DNA from: an uncultured bacterium
Lineage (GTDB): Bacteria > Patescibacteriota > Minisyncoccia > Phycocordibacterales > UBA2163
Direction of reading: 5' to 3'
Assembly (NCBI GenBank): GCA_913041175.1
Contig: CAJWGW010000002.1
Location: forward strand, 1-37,460
Length of the DNA stretch: 37,460 nucleotides
Every line of letters starts with the position of its first letter. The stretch's first letter is position 1. The translations under genes and the position numbers were made by a program. The notes under the pieces are model-generated. The model did not search any database, was not told the origin of the DNA, and was given only the letters and a program-made list of their open reading frames with translations. Below are positions 15,956 to 25,607 of this stretch, one piece after another.

Positions 15956-17692
15956 ATGAAATCAGGGAAATCAGATTCTAAATTAGAAAATATTCGGCAT
16001 TCGCTGGCACATCTGCTCGCTATGGCAATACTTGAAGAAGATAAGGATGCAAAGCTTGCAATAGGCCCGACAATAGAAAACGGATTTTATTACGACTTTG
16101 AACTCTCTCAAGCAATTGGTATAGAAGACTTGCCAAAACTTGAGAAGAAAATAAAGCATTATATAAAGCAAAACCTTGAGTTTAAACATCTTGAAAATGC
16201 TGACATCAAGAATCAGCCGTATAAAGATGAATTAATAGATGAGCTGGCGAAAAAAGGAGAAAAATTAAGCTTCTTCCAATCGGGAGATTTTATTGACCTT
16301 TGCGAAGGCGGGCACGTAAAATCTACAAATGAAATTGATGCAAAAGCATTCAAACTTACTAAAATCGCTGGCGCATATTGGAAGGGAGATGAGAAAAATA
16401 AAATGCTCACTCGCATCTACGGTGTAGCGTTTGAAAATAAAAAAGAACTTGATGAATATCTTAAGATGCAAGAGGAAGCAGAAAAGAGAGACCACAGAAA
16501 ACTCGGAAAGGAAATGGGGCTCTTTACATTCTCCCCTCTTGTCGGCACTGGACTTCCGCTTTTTATGCCCAAAGGTGTTGTAATACGAACAGAACTTTAT
16601 AATGAACTTCTTAAAATAAGTAAAAAATACGATGTACAGCAAGTTGAGGTTCCTCACATTGCCAAAAAAAGACTTTATGATGTATCTGGACATTCTGAGA
16701 AATTCGGCGAAGAGCTTTTGAAAGTCGTCGGGCATTATGATGAATTTGTAATGAAGCCAGTTAATTGTCCGCACACTACGCAAATTTACGCAGCAGAGCC
16801 GAGAAGTTATCGTGATTTGCCACTTAGGTATGTGGAATCAACAATGATGTATAGAGATGAGAAACCCGGCGAACTTGGCGGTCTTACACGCGTGCGAGCT
16901 ATTACAGTTGATGACGGACACATCTTCTGCACAACTGATCAGATAAAAAATGAAGTAAAAAACATAGCAAGTATTATAGAAGAGTTTTACAGTGGACTTG
17001 GTATGTATGGAGAACATTCTGTAGCGCTTTCTGTGAGAGACCCTAATAATTTTGATAAATATATTGGTGAAGAGAAGGACTGGGATAAAGCAGAAAAGAT
17101 GCTTAAAGAACTCTCTGATGATTTGAATCTAAAAGCAAAAAGAGTAGAGGGAGAAGCAGCGCTTTATGGCCCTAAGCTTGATTATGTATTTAAAGACTCT
17201 CTTGGTAGAGAGTGGCAACTTGCAACAATTCAGATTGATTTTTCAATGCCAAAGAGATTTGAGCTTACGTATAAAAATAAAGATGGTAAAGACGAAACGC
17301 CTGCTATGATACACAGAGCGATCTTAGGATCGTATGAAAGGTTTATGGCAATATTGATAGAGCATTTTGCGGGAGCATTTCCTCTTTGGCTCTCCCCTGT
17401 TCAGGTCAAAGTCCTTCCTATTGGAGAGGCGCATCAGAAATTTGGGGGAGAAGTGTTTGAAAAATTAAAAGAAAATGATATTCGCACAGAATTTGATGAT
17501 AGTAATGAAACACTCGGCAAGAAAATTCGCCAAGGAAAAATGGAGAAAGTCCCTTACATGCTTGTAATCGGCGACAAGGAAGTTGAAGAGAGAAAAGTAA
17601 CAATAGAAAACAGAGACAAAGGAAATCAAGGTACTCTAGAGATTGATGAGCTTATAGTAAAACTCAAAAATGAAATAACAAAAAAATCCTAA
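15956..17692 (+). CDS. thrS: threonine--tRNA ligase (no N-terminal TGS domain)
   Basis: Begins at the editing-domain motif RHSLAHLLA, then RDHRKLGKEMGLF, class II core motifs and the anticodon-binding domain. 578 aa. Confidence 0.9.
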   Translation: MKSGKSDSKLENIRHSLAHLLAMAILEEDKDAKLAIGPTIENGFYYDFELSQAIGIEDLPKLEKKIKHYIKQNLEFKHLENADIKNQPYKDELIDELAKKGEKLSFFQSGDFIDLCEGGHVKSTNEIDAKAFKLTKIAGAYWKGDEKNKMLTRIYGVAFENKKELDEYLKMQEEAEKRDHRKLGKEMGLFTFSPLVGTGLPLFMPKGVVIRTELYNELLKISKKYDVQQVEVPHIAKKRLYDVSGHSEKFGEELLKVVGHYDEFVMKPVNCPHTTQIYAAEPRSYRDLPLRYVESTMMYRDEKPGELGGLTRVRAITVDDGHIFCTTDQIKNEVKNIASIIEEFYSGLGMYGEHSVALSVRDPNNFDKYIGEEKDWDKAEKMLKELSDDLNLKAKRVEGEAALYGPKLDYVFKDSLGREWQLATIQIDFSMPKRFELTYKNKDGKDETPAMIHRAILGSYERFMAILIEHFAGAFPLWLSPVQVKVLPIGEAHQKFGGEVFEKLKENDIRTEFDDSNETLGKKIRQGKMEKVPYMLVIGDKEVEERKVTIENRDKGNQGTLEIDELIVKLKNEITKKS

Positions 17693-17696
17693 TGAG

Positions 17697-18170
17697 TTAT
17701 ATCAGTGTTCCTTTTACAAAAAGCCCATTTATTATCACAAACTCTCTCAAAACATCTTGATTTGCAACTATTCGTATAATAACATCTAAGAAAATGACAA
17801 GAAGAGGGACACCAACAACAACAAGTGCTGTTACGAGAATTTTTCTGTCCTGTTCCCATTTATAGCTATCATCGTTCCATAAGTTATTTAGGAAGAAAAT
17901 CGCATATAAACTGATTGAAAACGGTATAACTAAAGTTATTATAAAGGCAACTCCCCAAAATAAATAACTAAGCCCTAAAAGAGAAACCGAGTTCTTAAGC
18001 GTATATGCCAAAAATCTATACGCAATTAAGACATGCCCTGAATAAAATACTGTGAAATATAGGAAAAACAGCAAATATAAAATCGTGAGGAATGAATACC
18101 ACACCGGCGCAAAGTAGAACGATATTAGTCGTTTTAAATAAGGTTGTTTTTGTTCTTTTTCTTCTGTCAT
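17697..18170 (-). CDS. hypothetical integral membrane protein
   Basis: 157-aa ORF with about 4 TM segments, starting 2 nt after the gyrB stop. Confidence 0.5.
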   Translation of the reverse strand: MTEEKEQKQPYLKRLISFYFAPVWYSFLTILYLLFFLYFTVFYSGHVLIAYRFLAYTLKNSVSLLGLSYLFWGVAFIITLVIPFSISLYAIFFLNNLWNDDSYKWEQDRKILVTALVVVGVPLLVIFLDVIIRIVANQDVLREFVIINGLFVKGTLI

Positions 18171-18172
18171 AA

Positions 18173-20242
18173 TTAAACGTCTAGATTAGCTAATTTCGCA
18201 TTTGACTGGATAAAAGACTTTCTAGATGTTACATCAGTACCCATAAGTGTGTCAAATACTTTATCAGCTTCTCTGGCATCCTCTATTGTCACCTGCTTCA
18301 GAACTCTTTTTTCAGGATCCATAGTTGTCTCCCAAAGTTCTTCTGGATTCATCTCTCCAAGACCTTTGTATCGTTGGATTGAAATTTTTGGTGTCTTTTT
18401 AGTTTCTGTTGTCTCTTCTTTTTCTTCAGTATCCTCAACTTGCTCGCTTTCTTCCTCTACTTCTTCTATCTTTTCCGCGTCTTTCCCAAGTATTTTTATT
18501 TTTTCATTTTCTGTGTATGCATAAATTATTTCTTTTCCTTTTTTTATTTTATAAAGTGGCGGTTGCGCAATATAAAGATACCCTGTTTCAATAATTGGTT
18601 TGAAGTGTCTATAGAAAAGTGTCAAAAGAAGTGTCCTTATGTGTGCACCATCAACATCGGCATCGGTTGCGATAATTATCTTGTGATAACGAATCTTTGA
18701 AATATCAAACACATCCCCAATTGCAGTTCCCATTGCTACAATAAGCGCTTTGATTTCTGCAGATGCAAGCATTTTATCAAGTCGCGCCCGTTCTACATTA
18801 AGGATTTTACCGCGAAGCGGAAGTATCGCCTGTGTCCGTCTGTCTCTTCCCTGTTTGCTGGAACCGCCAGCGGAATCCCCCTCTACGATAAATATTTCTG
18901 ATTCTTCCGCATTCCTACTCTGACAATCAGCAAGCTTGCCAGGAAGCGTCATCCCTTCAAGCGCACCTTTGCGAAGGACGCTGTCTTTTGCAGCTTTTGC
19001 GGCTTTTCTTGCTTTAAGAGCGAGAGTAACCTTCCCTATCATAGATTTGGCGTCATCTGGATGCTCCTCCAAAAAGGCGCCAAAACTCTCTGCAAATACA
19101 GCATCCACTGCCCCACGCGCCTCCACACTTCCAAGTTTACCTTTTGTCTGCCCTTCAAACTGAATCTCCTGCATCTTTATAGAAACAACTGCTGTAATCC
19201 CTTCTAGCACATCATCTCCTGTAAAATTATCCTCTGCGCCTTTTATGAGATTATTTTTACGAGCGTAATTATTTATAGTTCTAGTTAAGGCAGTTTTGAA
19301 ACCAGTTATATGCATTCCTCCTTCTGCATTATAAGTATTGTTTGCAAAAGCAGATATTCGCGCTGATATGTCATCAACATATTGAAGAGAGATTTCTACA
19401 TCAACACCATCTTCCTCCTTTTCTACATAAAAAATATTCTTATGAATCGGTTTCTGATGCTGATTATAAAATTTAACAAGCGAAAGTAGTCCACCTTCAA
19501 AATAAAATGACATTGTTGGAACATCAAGCGCAAGTTCCTTGAGATAAAATTTACTTTCATCAATTTTCTCTTCTGTCTCTCTTGCATCAATAATTGTGAT
19601 TCGCATCCCCTTTACCAAGTATGCCTGCTGACGAAGATGCGCAGTGATTTTACCCCAATCATATTTGATTTCTTTGAAAACACTAGGGTCTGCTTCAAAA
19701 GTTATGATGGTTCCTGTTTGTTTTGATGTCCCCGCCTTTTTAACACCTGCTTTCTTTTTACCTTGTTTGTATTCCTGCACATATGCACCTTCGTCACGAT
19801 GAACTTCAGCTTTTGCATAAATTGAAAGCGCATTGACAACAGACACACCAACTCCGTGAAGACCACCAGAAACTTTGTACCCCTCACCTCCGAATTTACC
19901 TCCGGCATGAAGTGTCGTCATAATTGTTTCAAGCGCAGATACCTTTGTCTGCTTGTGCTTGTCTACTGGAATACCACGTCCGTTATCTACGACTCTTACT
20001 CTGTTATTTGGCAAAAGGGCAACTTCTACATTATCTGCAAATCCACCCATCGCTTCATCACGAGCATTGTCAAAAACCTCCCATATGAGATGGTGAAGTC
20101 CTTCAACACCAGTAGTGCCGATATACATCCCAGGACGCTTTCTGACGGGTTCTAGGCCCTCTAGAACGGTAATATCCTCGGCATTGTAGTGATGTCCCTT
20201 TGAAGACTGTTTAACTTCTTTTTTAGCCTCTTTTTTAGCCAT
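18173..20242 (-). CDS. gyrB: DNA gyrase subunit B
   Basis: LEGLEPVRKRPGMYIG, GGLHGVG, EGDSAGG, PLRGKILNVE. Start at MAKKEAKKE (20242). An acidic low-complexity insert (EEVEEESEQVEDTEEKEETTE) precedes the C-terminal tail. Confidence 0.95.
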   Translation of the reverse strand: MAKKEAKKEVKQSSKGHHYNAEDITVLEGLEPVRKRPGMYIGTTGVEGLHHLIWEVFDNARDEAMGGFADNVEVALLPNNRVRVVDNGRGIPVDKHKQTKVSALETIMTTLHAGGKFGGEGYKVSGGLHGVGVSVVNALSIYAKAEVHRDEGAYVQEYKQGKKKAGVKKAGTSKQTGTIITFEADPSVFKEIKYDWGKITAHLRQQAYLVKGMRITIIDARETEEKIDESKFYLKELALDVPTMSFYFEGGLLSLVKFYNQHQKPIHKNIFYVEKEEDGVDVEISLQYVDDISARISAFANNTYNAEGGMHITGFKTALTRTINNYARKNNLIKGAEDNFTGDDVLEGITAVVSIKMQEIQFEGQTKGKLGSVEARGAVDAVFAESFGAFLEEHPDDAKSMIGKVTLALKARKAAKAAKDSVLRKGALEGMTLPGKLADCQSRNAEESEIFIVEGDSAGGSSKQGRDRRTQAILPLRGKILNVERARLDKMLASAEIKALIVAMGTAIGDVFDISKIRYHKIIIATDADVDGAHIRTLLLTLFYRHFKPIIETGYLYIAQPPLYKIKKGKEIIYAYTENEKIKILGKDAEKIEEVEEESEQVEDTEEKEETTETKKTPKISIQRYKGLGEMNPEELWETTMDPEKRVLKQVTIEDAREADKVFDTLMGTDVTSRKSFIQSNAKLANLDV

Positions 20243-20329
20243 AAAATGACGAGCTTTACACCCTCCTAATACCAAAATTATAGCAAAAAATCCCTTAAAA
20301 TTCAAGGGATTTTCCAAATTTTGTGGATA

Positions 20330-21586
20330 TTATCTAACCTGCCAATTGCCCTCTTTTTCAAGAGTTTTTGTGACCTCGTCCATGACTTTATTTACCTCAT
20401 CATCAGAGAGTGTCATATCTAGCGACTGGAATACTAAATTAAACGCATAAGATATCCTATCGTCTTTTTCGAACTCATCAAATAGTTTTGTATTTACAAG
20501 AAGTTCTCCGGCTTCTTTTTTAATTATATTTAATACATCATCACTAGATTTTTCTTTCGGTACCCAAACTGCAATATCTCTAAGTACAAATGGATATGCA
20601 GATATTGAACTGAACATTACATTTTTTGCTTTTTCTAATTGCTCATATGAACTTGGTGGTTCAGGAAGTTTCTCTAAAAGCTCATCAAAATTAGTTTCAA
20701 AAATGTTTAGGTCTTTTTTACCTTCAACTTTAACACTTAAAGTTTCTGATAATTTATTTACAACTTCTTCTACTTTTCCTAAACCACCTGAATGCACTAT
20801 TCCTAAAGATGTATGCTCTTCATCTTTAGTAAATACATTTCCTATTTCAAATATCTTTATTTTGTCTCCTTCTAATAACGGCAGATTTTTAATATTTCGC
20901 TGTTCTGCAGAATTCAAACCATAAAAAAGATCCTTCCTTAAAAAGTTCTTATCAGCTGCAAATGGTTTTATCATCTCCACTTCCCCACTATTTCTAAAAG
21001 TATATGTGTAGATTTCAGAAAATCCCTCTTCTATCAAAAAATTCTTGATTTTGTTTGTATAATAAAATTTCTTATTTATCTTTGGCGTTGTATCTCCCTT
21101 ATCTGGCAAAACTGCTTCAATATCTTCATATCCATAGATTCTTCCAACTTCCTCTACTATGTCTGCTTTTACTTTTAGGTCCGTACGGTTGGATGGAACT
21201 GCTACATTAAATTCCTCTTCCTTTACTTCATACTCAAATCCCAACCGCTTAAATATACTTTCAATCTCTTTTGCAGGTATTTGAGAGCCCAAAAGCTTAT
21301 TTATTTCTTCTGCTGAAACACTTATCTTCAAAGTACTTTCTTTCTTTGGAAGCTCTTTCTTAAGCGGGATATCTAAGATCGCAGAAATCTCATTTGCAAC
21401 ACCATTCTCATCTGATGAATCTCCTTGACGATTAGGAAGCACATCGATATCAAAGATACTATCTCCATCTTTTTCTTCAACATTCTCAACTTCATATGAG
21501 TGAAAAGTCAAAAGTTCGACAATTTTACTCGGCTCCGGTAACTTATCACTAAAATATTTTTGTAGTTTTTTGTAGCTTACTTCCAT
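20330..21586 (-). CDS. pheT: phenylalanine--tRNA ligase beta subunit, short form (B1-B5-core-FDX-ACB; no B2 or B3/B4)
   Basis: 418 aa versus about 800 in the canonical form. Has the N-terminal LPNRQGD block, a B5-like region (VPSNRTDLKVKADIVEEVGRIYGY) and a C-terminal FDX-ACB-like region (ISYAFNLVFQSLDMTLSDDEV). Confidence 0.85.
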   Translation of the reverse strand: MEVSYKKLQKYFSDKLPEPSKIVELLTFHSYEVENVEEKDGDSIFDIDVLPNRQGDSSDENGVANEISAILDIPLKKELPKKESTLKISVSAEEINKLLGSQIPAKEIESIFKRLGFEYEVKEEEFNVAVPSNRTDLKVKADIVEEVGRIYGYEDIEAVLPDKGDTTPKINKKFYYTNKIKNFLIEEGFSEIYTYTFRNSGEVEMIKPFAADKNFLRKDLFYGLNSAEQRNIKNLPLLEGDKIKIFEIGNVFTKDEEHTSLGIVHSGGLGKVEEVVNKLSETLSVKVEGKKDLNIFETNFDELLEKLPEPPSSYEQLEKAKNVMFSSISAYPFVLRDIAVWVPKEKSSDDVLNIIKKEAGELLVNTKLFDEFEKDDRISYAFNLVFQSLDMTLSDDEVNKVMDEVTKTLEKEGNWQVR

Positions 21587-21588
21587 AT

Positions 21589-22320
21589 TTAAAACTGATT
21601 TACAAATCTTAAATCCCCCTGATAAAGCAATCTTACATCGTCAATCCCATACTTAAGCATTCCAAGACGATCGATGCCAACGCCGAACGCAAACCCCTGA
21701 TATTTTTTTGAATCAATCCCAACTCCGTCCAAAACATTTGGATGAACCATACCCGCCCCAAGCACTTCTATCCAGCCTGTGTTCTTGCAGATTGAACATC
21801 CTTTACCTTCGCATTTGAAACACGACATATCCACTTCAATACCTGGTTCAACAAATGGAAAATAGCTTGGTCTAAATCGTATATCTATATCTTTATTAAA
21901 AAATTTCTCAAGAAAAATTTTTATAACCCCTTTTAGAGTTCCAAGTGTGGTGGTCTCGTCAACCATAAATGCTTCCACCTGATAAAACTGCGCCTCGTGC
22001 GTTGAATCAGTAGCTTCATTACGAAAAACCTTACCCGGAGCAATAATCCTTAAAGGTGGTTTATTGTTCTGCATATAGCGAATCTGTACATTGGAGGTAT
22101 GAGTACGCATTACAGTACTCTTTTTATCTTTTACCCAAAAAGTATCTTGCATACCTCTTGCTGGGTGGTTTTCAGGTATATTTAAAGCATCAAAGTTATA
22201 GTGTTCAGACTCCATTTCAGGGCCATCGGCAATCTCAAAACCCATATCAAAGAAAATAGAGTTTATCTCATTTATCATCTGTGTCATCGGATGTAGATGT
22301 CCTTTTATCTGTTTGTTCAT
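21589..22320 (-). CDS. pheS: phenylalanine--tRNA ligase alpha subunit (catalytic core only)
   Basis: HPMTQ, HPARGMQDTFW, class II motifs, FAFGVGIDRLGMLKYGI. Lacks the N-terminal coiled-coil arm. Confidence 0.95.
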   Translation of the reverse strand: MNKQIKGHLHPMTQMINEINSIFFDMGFEIADGPEMESEHYNFDALNIPENHPARGMQDTFWVKDKKSTVMRTHTSNVQIRYMQNNKPPLRIIAPGKVFRNEATDSTHEAQFYQVEAFMVDETTTLGTLKGVIKIFLEKFFNKDIDIRFRPSYFPFVEPGIEVDMSCFKCEGKGCSICKNTGWIEVLGAGMVHPNVLDGVGIDSKKYQGFAFGVGIDRLGMLKYGIDDVRLLYQGDLRFVNQF

Positions 22321-22347
22321 TTATATTATATTAGCTTAAAAATACAC

Positions 22348-22376
22348 AAAAAAACAGGGGCTAAGCAGACCCCTGT
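22348..22376 (-). terminator. intrinsic terminator after the zinc-ribbon ORF
   Basis: Minus-strand ACAGGGG-UCUGCUUAG-CCCCUGU followed by UUUUUUU. The stem overlaps the stop codon. Confidence 0.65.
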
Positions 22377-22561
22377 TCTACACATTCTGTACATACTTTT
22401 TTTTCAAAAGAATAATCTCCCATCTTTTCACTACCAGGTACACCTTTCAAAAATGGCTCAATATACTTTTGAATAAAATCTTTCCCGACCTCTCTCCAAT
22501 TCATCCATCTAGCTGGTATAATTCGTTTGCGGCATTCAGGACATACTTTTATTGATTCCAA
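22361..22561 (-). CDS. small zinc-ribbon protein (66 aa, two CxxC pairs)
   Basis: CPEC...CTEC. TTG start preceded by GAAAGGAGAG. No family recognised. Confidence 0.5.
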   Translation of the reverse strand: MESIKVCPECRKRIIPARWMNWREVGKDFIQKYIEPFLKGVPGSEKMGDYSFEKKVCTECVEQGSA

Positions 22562-22648
22562 AACAAACTCTCCTTTCTCTAATTTGTGAAACGAAACTTT
22601 TTATAATTAAACTCTCTAATTAATATCAAATTCATTGGCTACTGTCAA

Positions 22649-24904
22649 TTATTTAGCTATCTGAAGTGCCTCTTCAAACTTCACAGAAAGGAGTTTGGAG
22701 ATGCCATCTGCCCCCATTGTGACACCATAGAGTATGCCAGCTCTACCCATAGTCTCGCGATTGTGCGTTATTAATATAAGTTGTGAGTATTTAGAGAGAG
22801 TCTCTATCATATCACCATAGCGTTTTGAGTTCGCCTCATCAAGCGCAGCATCTGTCTCGTCAAGCACCAAAAACGGCGGGGGGTTCACCTGCGACATTGC
22901 AAACAAAAGTGCGATGGATGTCAAAGCTCGCTCCCCTCCAGAGAGCATCACGAGTCCTTTGATTCTTTTGTGAGGCAAGCTCACAGAGATATCAATTCCC
23001 TCTTCTCCTTCCTCCTCTCCCATATCAAGCTCTCCTTCTATAACAGTAAGATCTGTATCTAGCTTCTTTCTCTTTTTTTCTTTTATTACAGAGAGAGATG
23101 CGTCTCCACCGCCAAACATAAGTGAGAAGAAGTTTTGGAATTCTCTATTTATTTTCTCTATCCCACTTTTAAACTGCGTGCTTAGTTTTTCTTCTAAATC
23201 CTTTATCAAATCTTTGAGAGACTCCGCAGATTTTTCCAAGTCCGCAATCTCACACCCCAAGAATTCGTCCCGTTCTGCCGCTTCTTTATATTCTTTCATT
23301 GTTTCCTCACCAGAGCCACCACCAAATTCTTCAAGTCGTATTTTAATTTTCTCAATCTTTCGTCTTCGCTCTTCCTGTATACTTCTTTCTTCGTTTGCAA
23401 TTTCTTCAGTGTCTACACCTAAGTCATGGTTTTCATAATCAAGGACCGCTCTCCCTACAAGTATGGCGACTTCTTGAAGCTCTCTTTCAAAATCCTCTTT
23501 CGCATGGGAAATCGCACTCTCTGTACTCTCAATCTTCCCTAAGACCCCCCTCAATTCACTCTGGCGTGACATTATTGCGAAAACCTCTCTCTCCGCATCT
23601 CTGCTGTCATCTTTGTCTTTCTCTATCTCCTTTTTTAAAGCAGAATATTTTTTGTTATATGAAGATTCGTTTTGGGATATATCTGATAATTTCTCGTCCA
23701 GTTCACTTTTTTTGCTTTTCAAGTTTTTAAGTTCGTTTTCATCTACTCGAGTGTCCTTTTCTCTTGAAAATGTTGTTGAAATAAAATCTTTTATTATAGA
23801 ACCAACTCTCTCAAGTGTACTCTTCACTTCACTTAAATCATCCTGTTCTTTCGCTTCATCAATCTGGTTATATACTTTCTGCGCAATTTCATTTAGTTCA
23901 TTGAAATTTACTGTACGATTTTCAAGTTCTTTTTGTTCTCTTTTCTCTTTCTCAATTCTTCTTTCCTCATATGCAATCTGCCCTTCAATACGCCCTAAAT
24001 CACGCATAACTGCATCTTTTTCAGAGCGAATACTGGTCAAGCCTTTCTCAATTTCAATCAATTCTTCACTTTTCTCATCGCTTTTTTCGGATTTTAATAG
24101 AATCTCTTTTGCTTTCTGGAGTTTATTTTCAAGAATATTAAGTTCTTCTTGGGGAGTATGTCTTTCTTTTTTTATTTTGTTTTCATTATACGAAATATAC
24201 TCTGACTCTCTTTTTAGATACTCAAGTGAAAGCTCTTTGAGTTCGTCTCGCATTGCGATTGATTTTTCAATCTTATCAACTTGTTTTTTCAGAAACTTAA
24301 TATGCGGCGCAATCTCTTTTCGTAAGGACTCAACTTGCGCAATATTCTCTTCTGTCTTTTCAAGCTTTCGCGCACTTTCTTGTTTTTTATATTGAAATAC
24401 TTTAAGTCCTAACGCATCTTCTATCATCTCTTTTCTCTCTTTTATGTTTGCATTTAGAATCCTGTCCGCCTCGCCTTGTGAAATGATGTGATGCCCTGAT
24501 GAGCCGATGTTTGCACTTGCCAGAAGTTCTGCAATGTCGCGAAGACGGACTTGTGAGCTGTTTATAAAATACTGGTTAATGCCGTCGCGATGAACGGAGC
24601 GTTCAACTACAACTTCATCAAAATCAATATCTAAAAACTTTTTAGAGTTATCAAAAACAACCTTAACAGATGCCCTGTTTGATCTCGGTATTGCCTTTGA
24701 GCCGTTAAATATAAGATCTTCTCCGCGCTTGCCGCGAAGAGATTTGATTGACTGTTCGCCAAGCGCAAAACTAAAAGCCTCGGCAACATTTGATTTACCC
24801 GAGCCGTTTGGCCCTACAATGCCTGAGATATCTGATGTAAAATCAAAGATACTTTTTTTAGCAAATGATTTGAAACCAGAAAGTTCTAAGGATTTGAGAT
24901 ACAT
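22649..24904 (-). CDS. smc: SMC-family chromosome segregation ATPase, short form without a recognisable hinge
   Basis: N-terminus MYLKSLELSGFKSFAKK...GPNGSGKSN. C-terminus has the signature LSGGERALTSIAL, Walker B FLVLDETDAALD and D-loop. 751 aa. Confidence 0.85.
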   Translation of the reverse strand: MYLKSLELSGFKSFAKKSIFDFTSDISGIVGPNGSGKSNVAEAFSFALGEQSIKSLRGKRGEDLIFNGSKAIPRSNRASVKVVFDNSKKFLDIDFDEVVVERSVHRDGINQYFINSSQVRLRDIAELLASANIGSSGHHIISQGEADRILNANIKERKEMIEDALGLKVFQYKKQESARKLEKTEENIAQVESLRKEIAPHIKFLKKQVDKIEKSIAMRDELKELSLEYLKRESEYISYNENKIKKERHTPQEELNILENKLQKAKEILLKSEKSDEKSEELIEIEKGLTSIRSEKDAVMRDLGRIEGQIAYEERRIEKEKREQKELENRTVNFNELNEIAQKVYNQIDEAKEQDDLSEVKSTLERVGSIIKDFISTTFSREKDTRVDENELKNLKSKKSELDEKLSDISQNESSYNKKYSALKKEIEKDKDDSRDAEREVFAIMSRQSELRGVLGKIESTESAISHAKEDFERELQEVAILVGRAVLDYENHDLGVDTEEIANEERSIQEERRRKIEKIKIRLEEFGGGSGEETMKEYKEAAERDEFLGCEIADLEKSAESLKDLIKDLEEKLSTQFKSGIEKINREFQNFFSLMFGGGDASLSVIKEKKRKKLDTDLTVIEGELDMGEEEGEEGIDISVSLPHKRIKGLVMLSGGERALTSIALLFAMSQVNPPPFLVLDETDAALDEANSKRYGDMIETLSKYSQLILITHNRETMGRAGILYGVTMGADGISKLLSVKFEEALQIAK

Positions 24905-24970
24905 TTAGTTATTATACAATTTTATAAAAATAAAAAAACCGTCATGGATTCTTGTATATTACAGGAGTAT

Positions 24971-24994
24971 TGACATATATAATTATATATGTCA
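24971..24994. promoter_or_regulatory. perfect 24-bp palindrome (candidate operator) in the smc / Nudix divergent intergenic region
   Basis: TGACATATATAA|TTATATATGTCA is its own reverse complement. Together with T24970 it forms a TTGACA -35-like hexamer. Confidence 0.5.
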
Positions 24995-25069
24995 GACTAC
25001 AGATATAATTGTATTATTGAAAATTGAATAGAAAATATTCTAATTTTTTAAGAGAAAGGTAGGTATATT

Positions 25070-25519
25070 TTGAACAATGCAGAAACTCTAACAAATATAG
25101 GAAGAGATTATGCGGTATTTGGAATAATTTCAGATTATCAAGATGGTAAAATCCCCCTTATTCAAGAAAAAGAAGAGTCCGAGAAAAAACTTTGGAAGTT
25201 GCCTGGTGGAAGACCAAAAGCAATGGACAATCATTCTCCGGAGAGAACAGTTATGAGAGAAATTTCCGATGAAGTAGATGTAATTATTTATGAACCAACT
25301 GAGAAAGATGTATTATTTATAAAACATCTCGACAGTCATGATTTTGTTGTATTTAAAGCAGATTATTATAGTGGTGCATTAAAACCAAAAAAAGAAATTG
25401 AGAGGGTTGAAACCTTTTCTCCTGATGAAATAAAAAAGATGATTGCAAAACGAGATATTGTTCAAAATCATGCAGAAGGGTTGACGGAATACTTTGTCGA
25501 CTTTGGCGACAAGCCATAA
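25070..25519 (+). CDS. divergent Nudix-like hydrolase (149 aa)
   Basis: LPGGRPKAMDNHSPERTVMREISDEVDV resembles a Nudix box carrying an insertion. TTG start, so the start is uncertain. Confidence 0.5.
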   Translation: MNNAETLTNIGRDYAVFGIISDYQDGKIPLIQEKEESEKKLWKLPGGRPKAMDNHSPERTVMREISDEVDVIIYEPTEKDVLFIKHLDSHDFVVFKADYYSGALKPKKEIERVETFSPDEIKKMIAKRDIVQNHAEGLTEYFVDFGDKP

Positions 25520-25533
25520 CGAGCCTATTGACG

Positions 25534-25562
25534 GGAGGAACTGAATCAGTTCCTCCTTTTTT
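25534..25562 (+). terminator. intrinsic terminator
   Basis: GGAGGAACTG-AAT-CAGTTCCTCC followed by TTTTTT. Confidence 0.8.
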
Positions 25563-25607
25563 ATTATATTGGCTCAATCCATTTTAATACCTCGCGCCAA
25601 ATGGTTT

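Noticed and set aside
18400-18520. Acidic insertion near the GyrB C-terminus, considered as a possible intein or foreign insert
   Set aside because: It has no intein splice motifs (no Cys/Ser...HN-Cys junctions). It is a short low-complexity E/T/K stretch and looks like lineage-specific linker expansion.
23613-24395. 260-aa plus-strand ORF (Ser/Phe/Leu-rich) antisense to smc
   Set aside because: It is the mirror image of GAA/AAG/AAA-rich coiled-coil coding sequence, has low-complexity composition and no start context. The smc frame is unambiguous.
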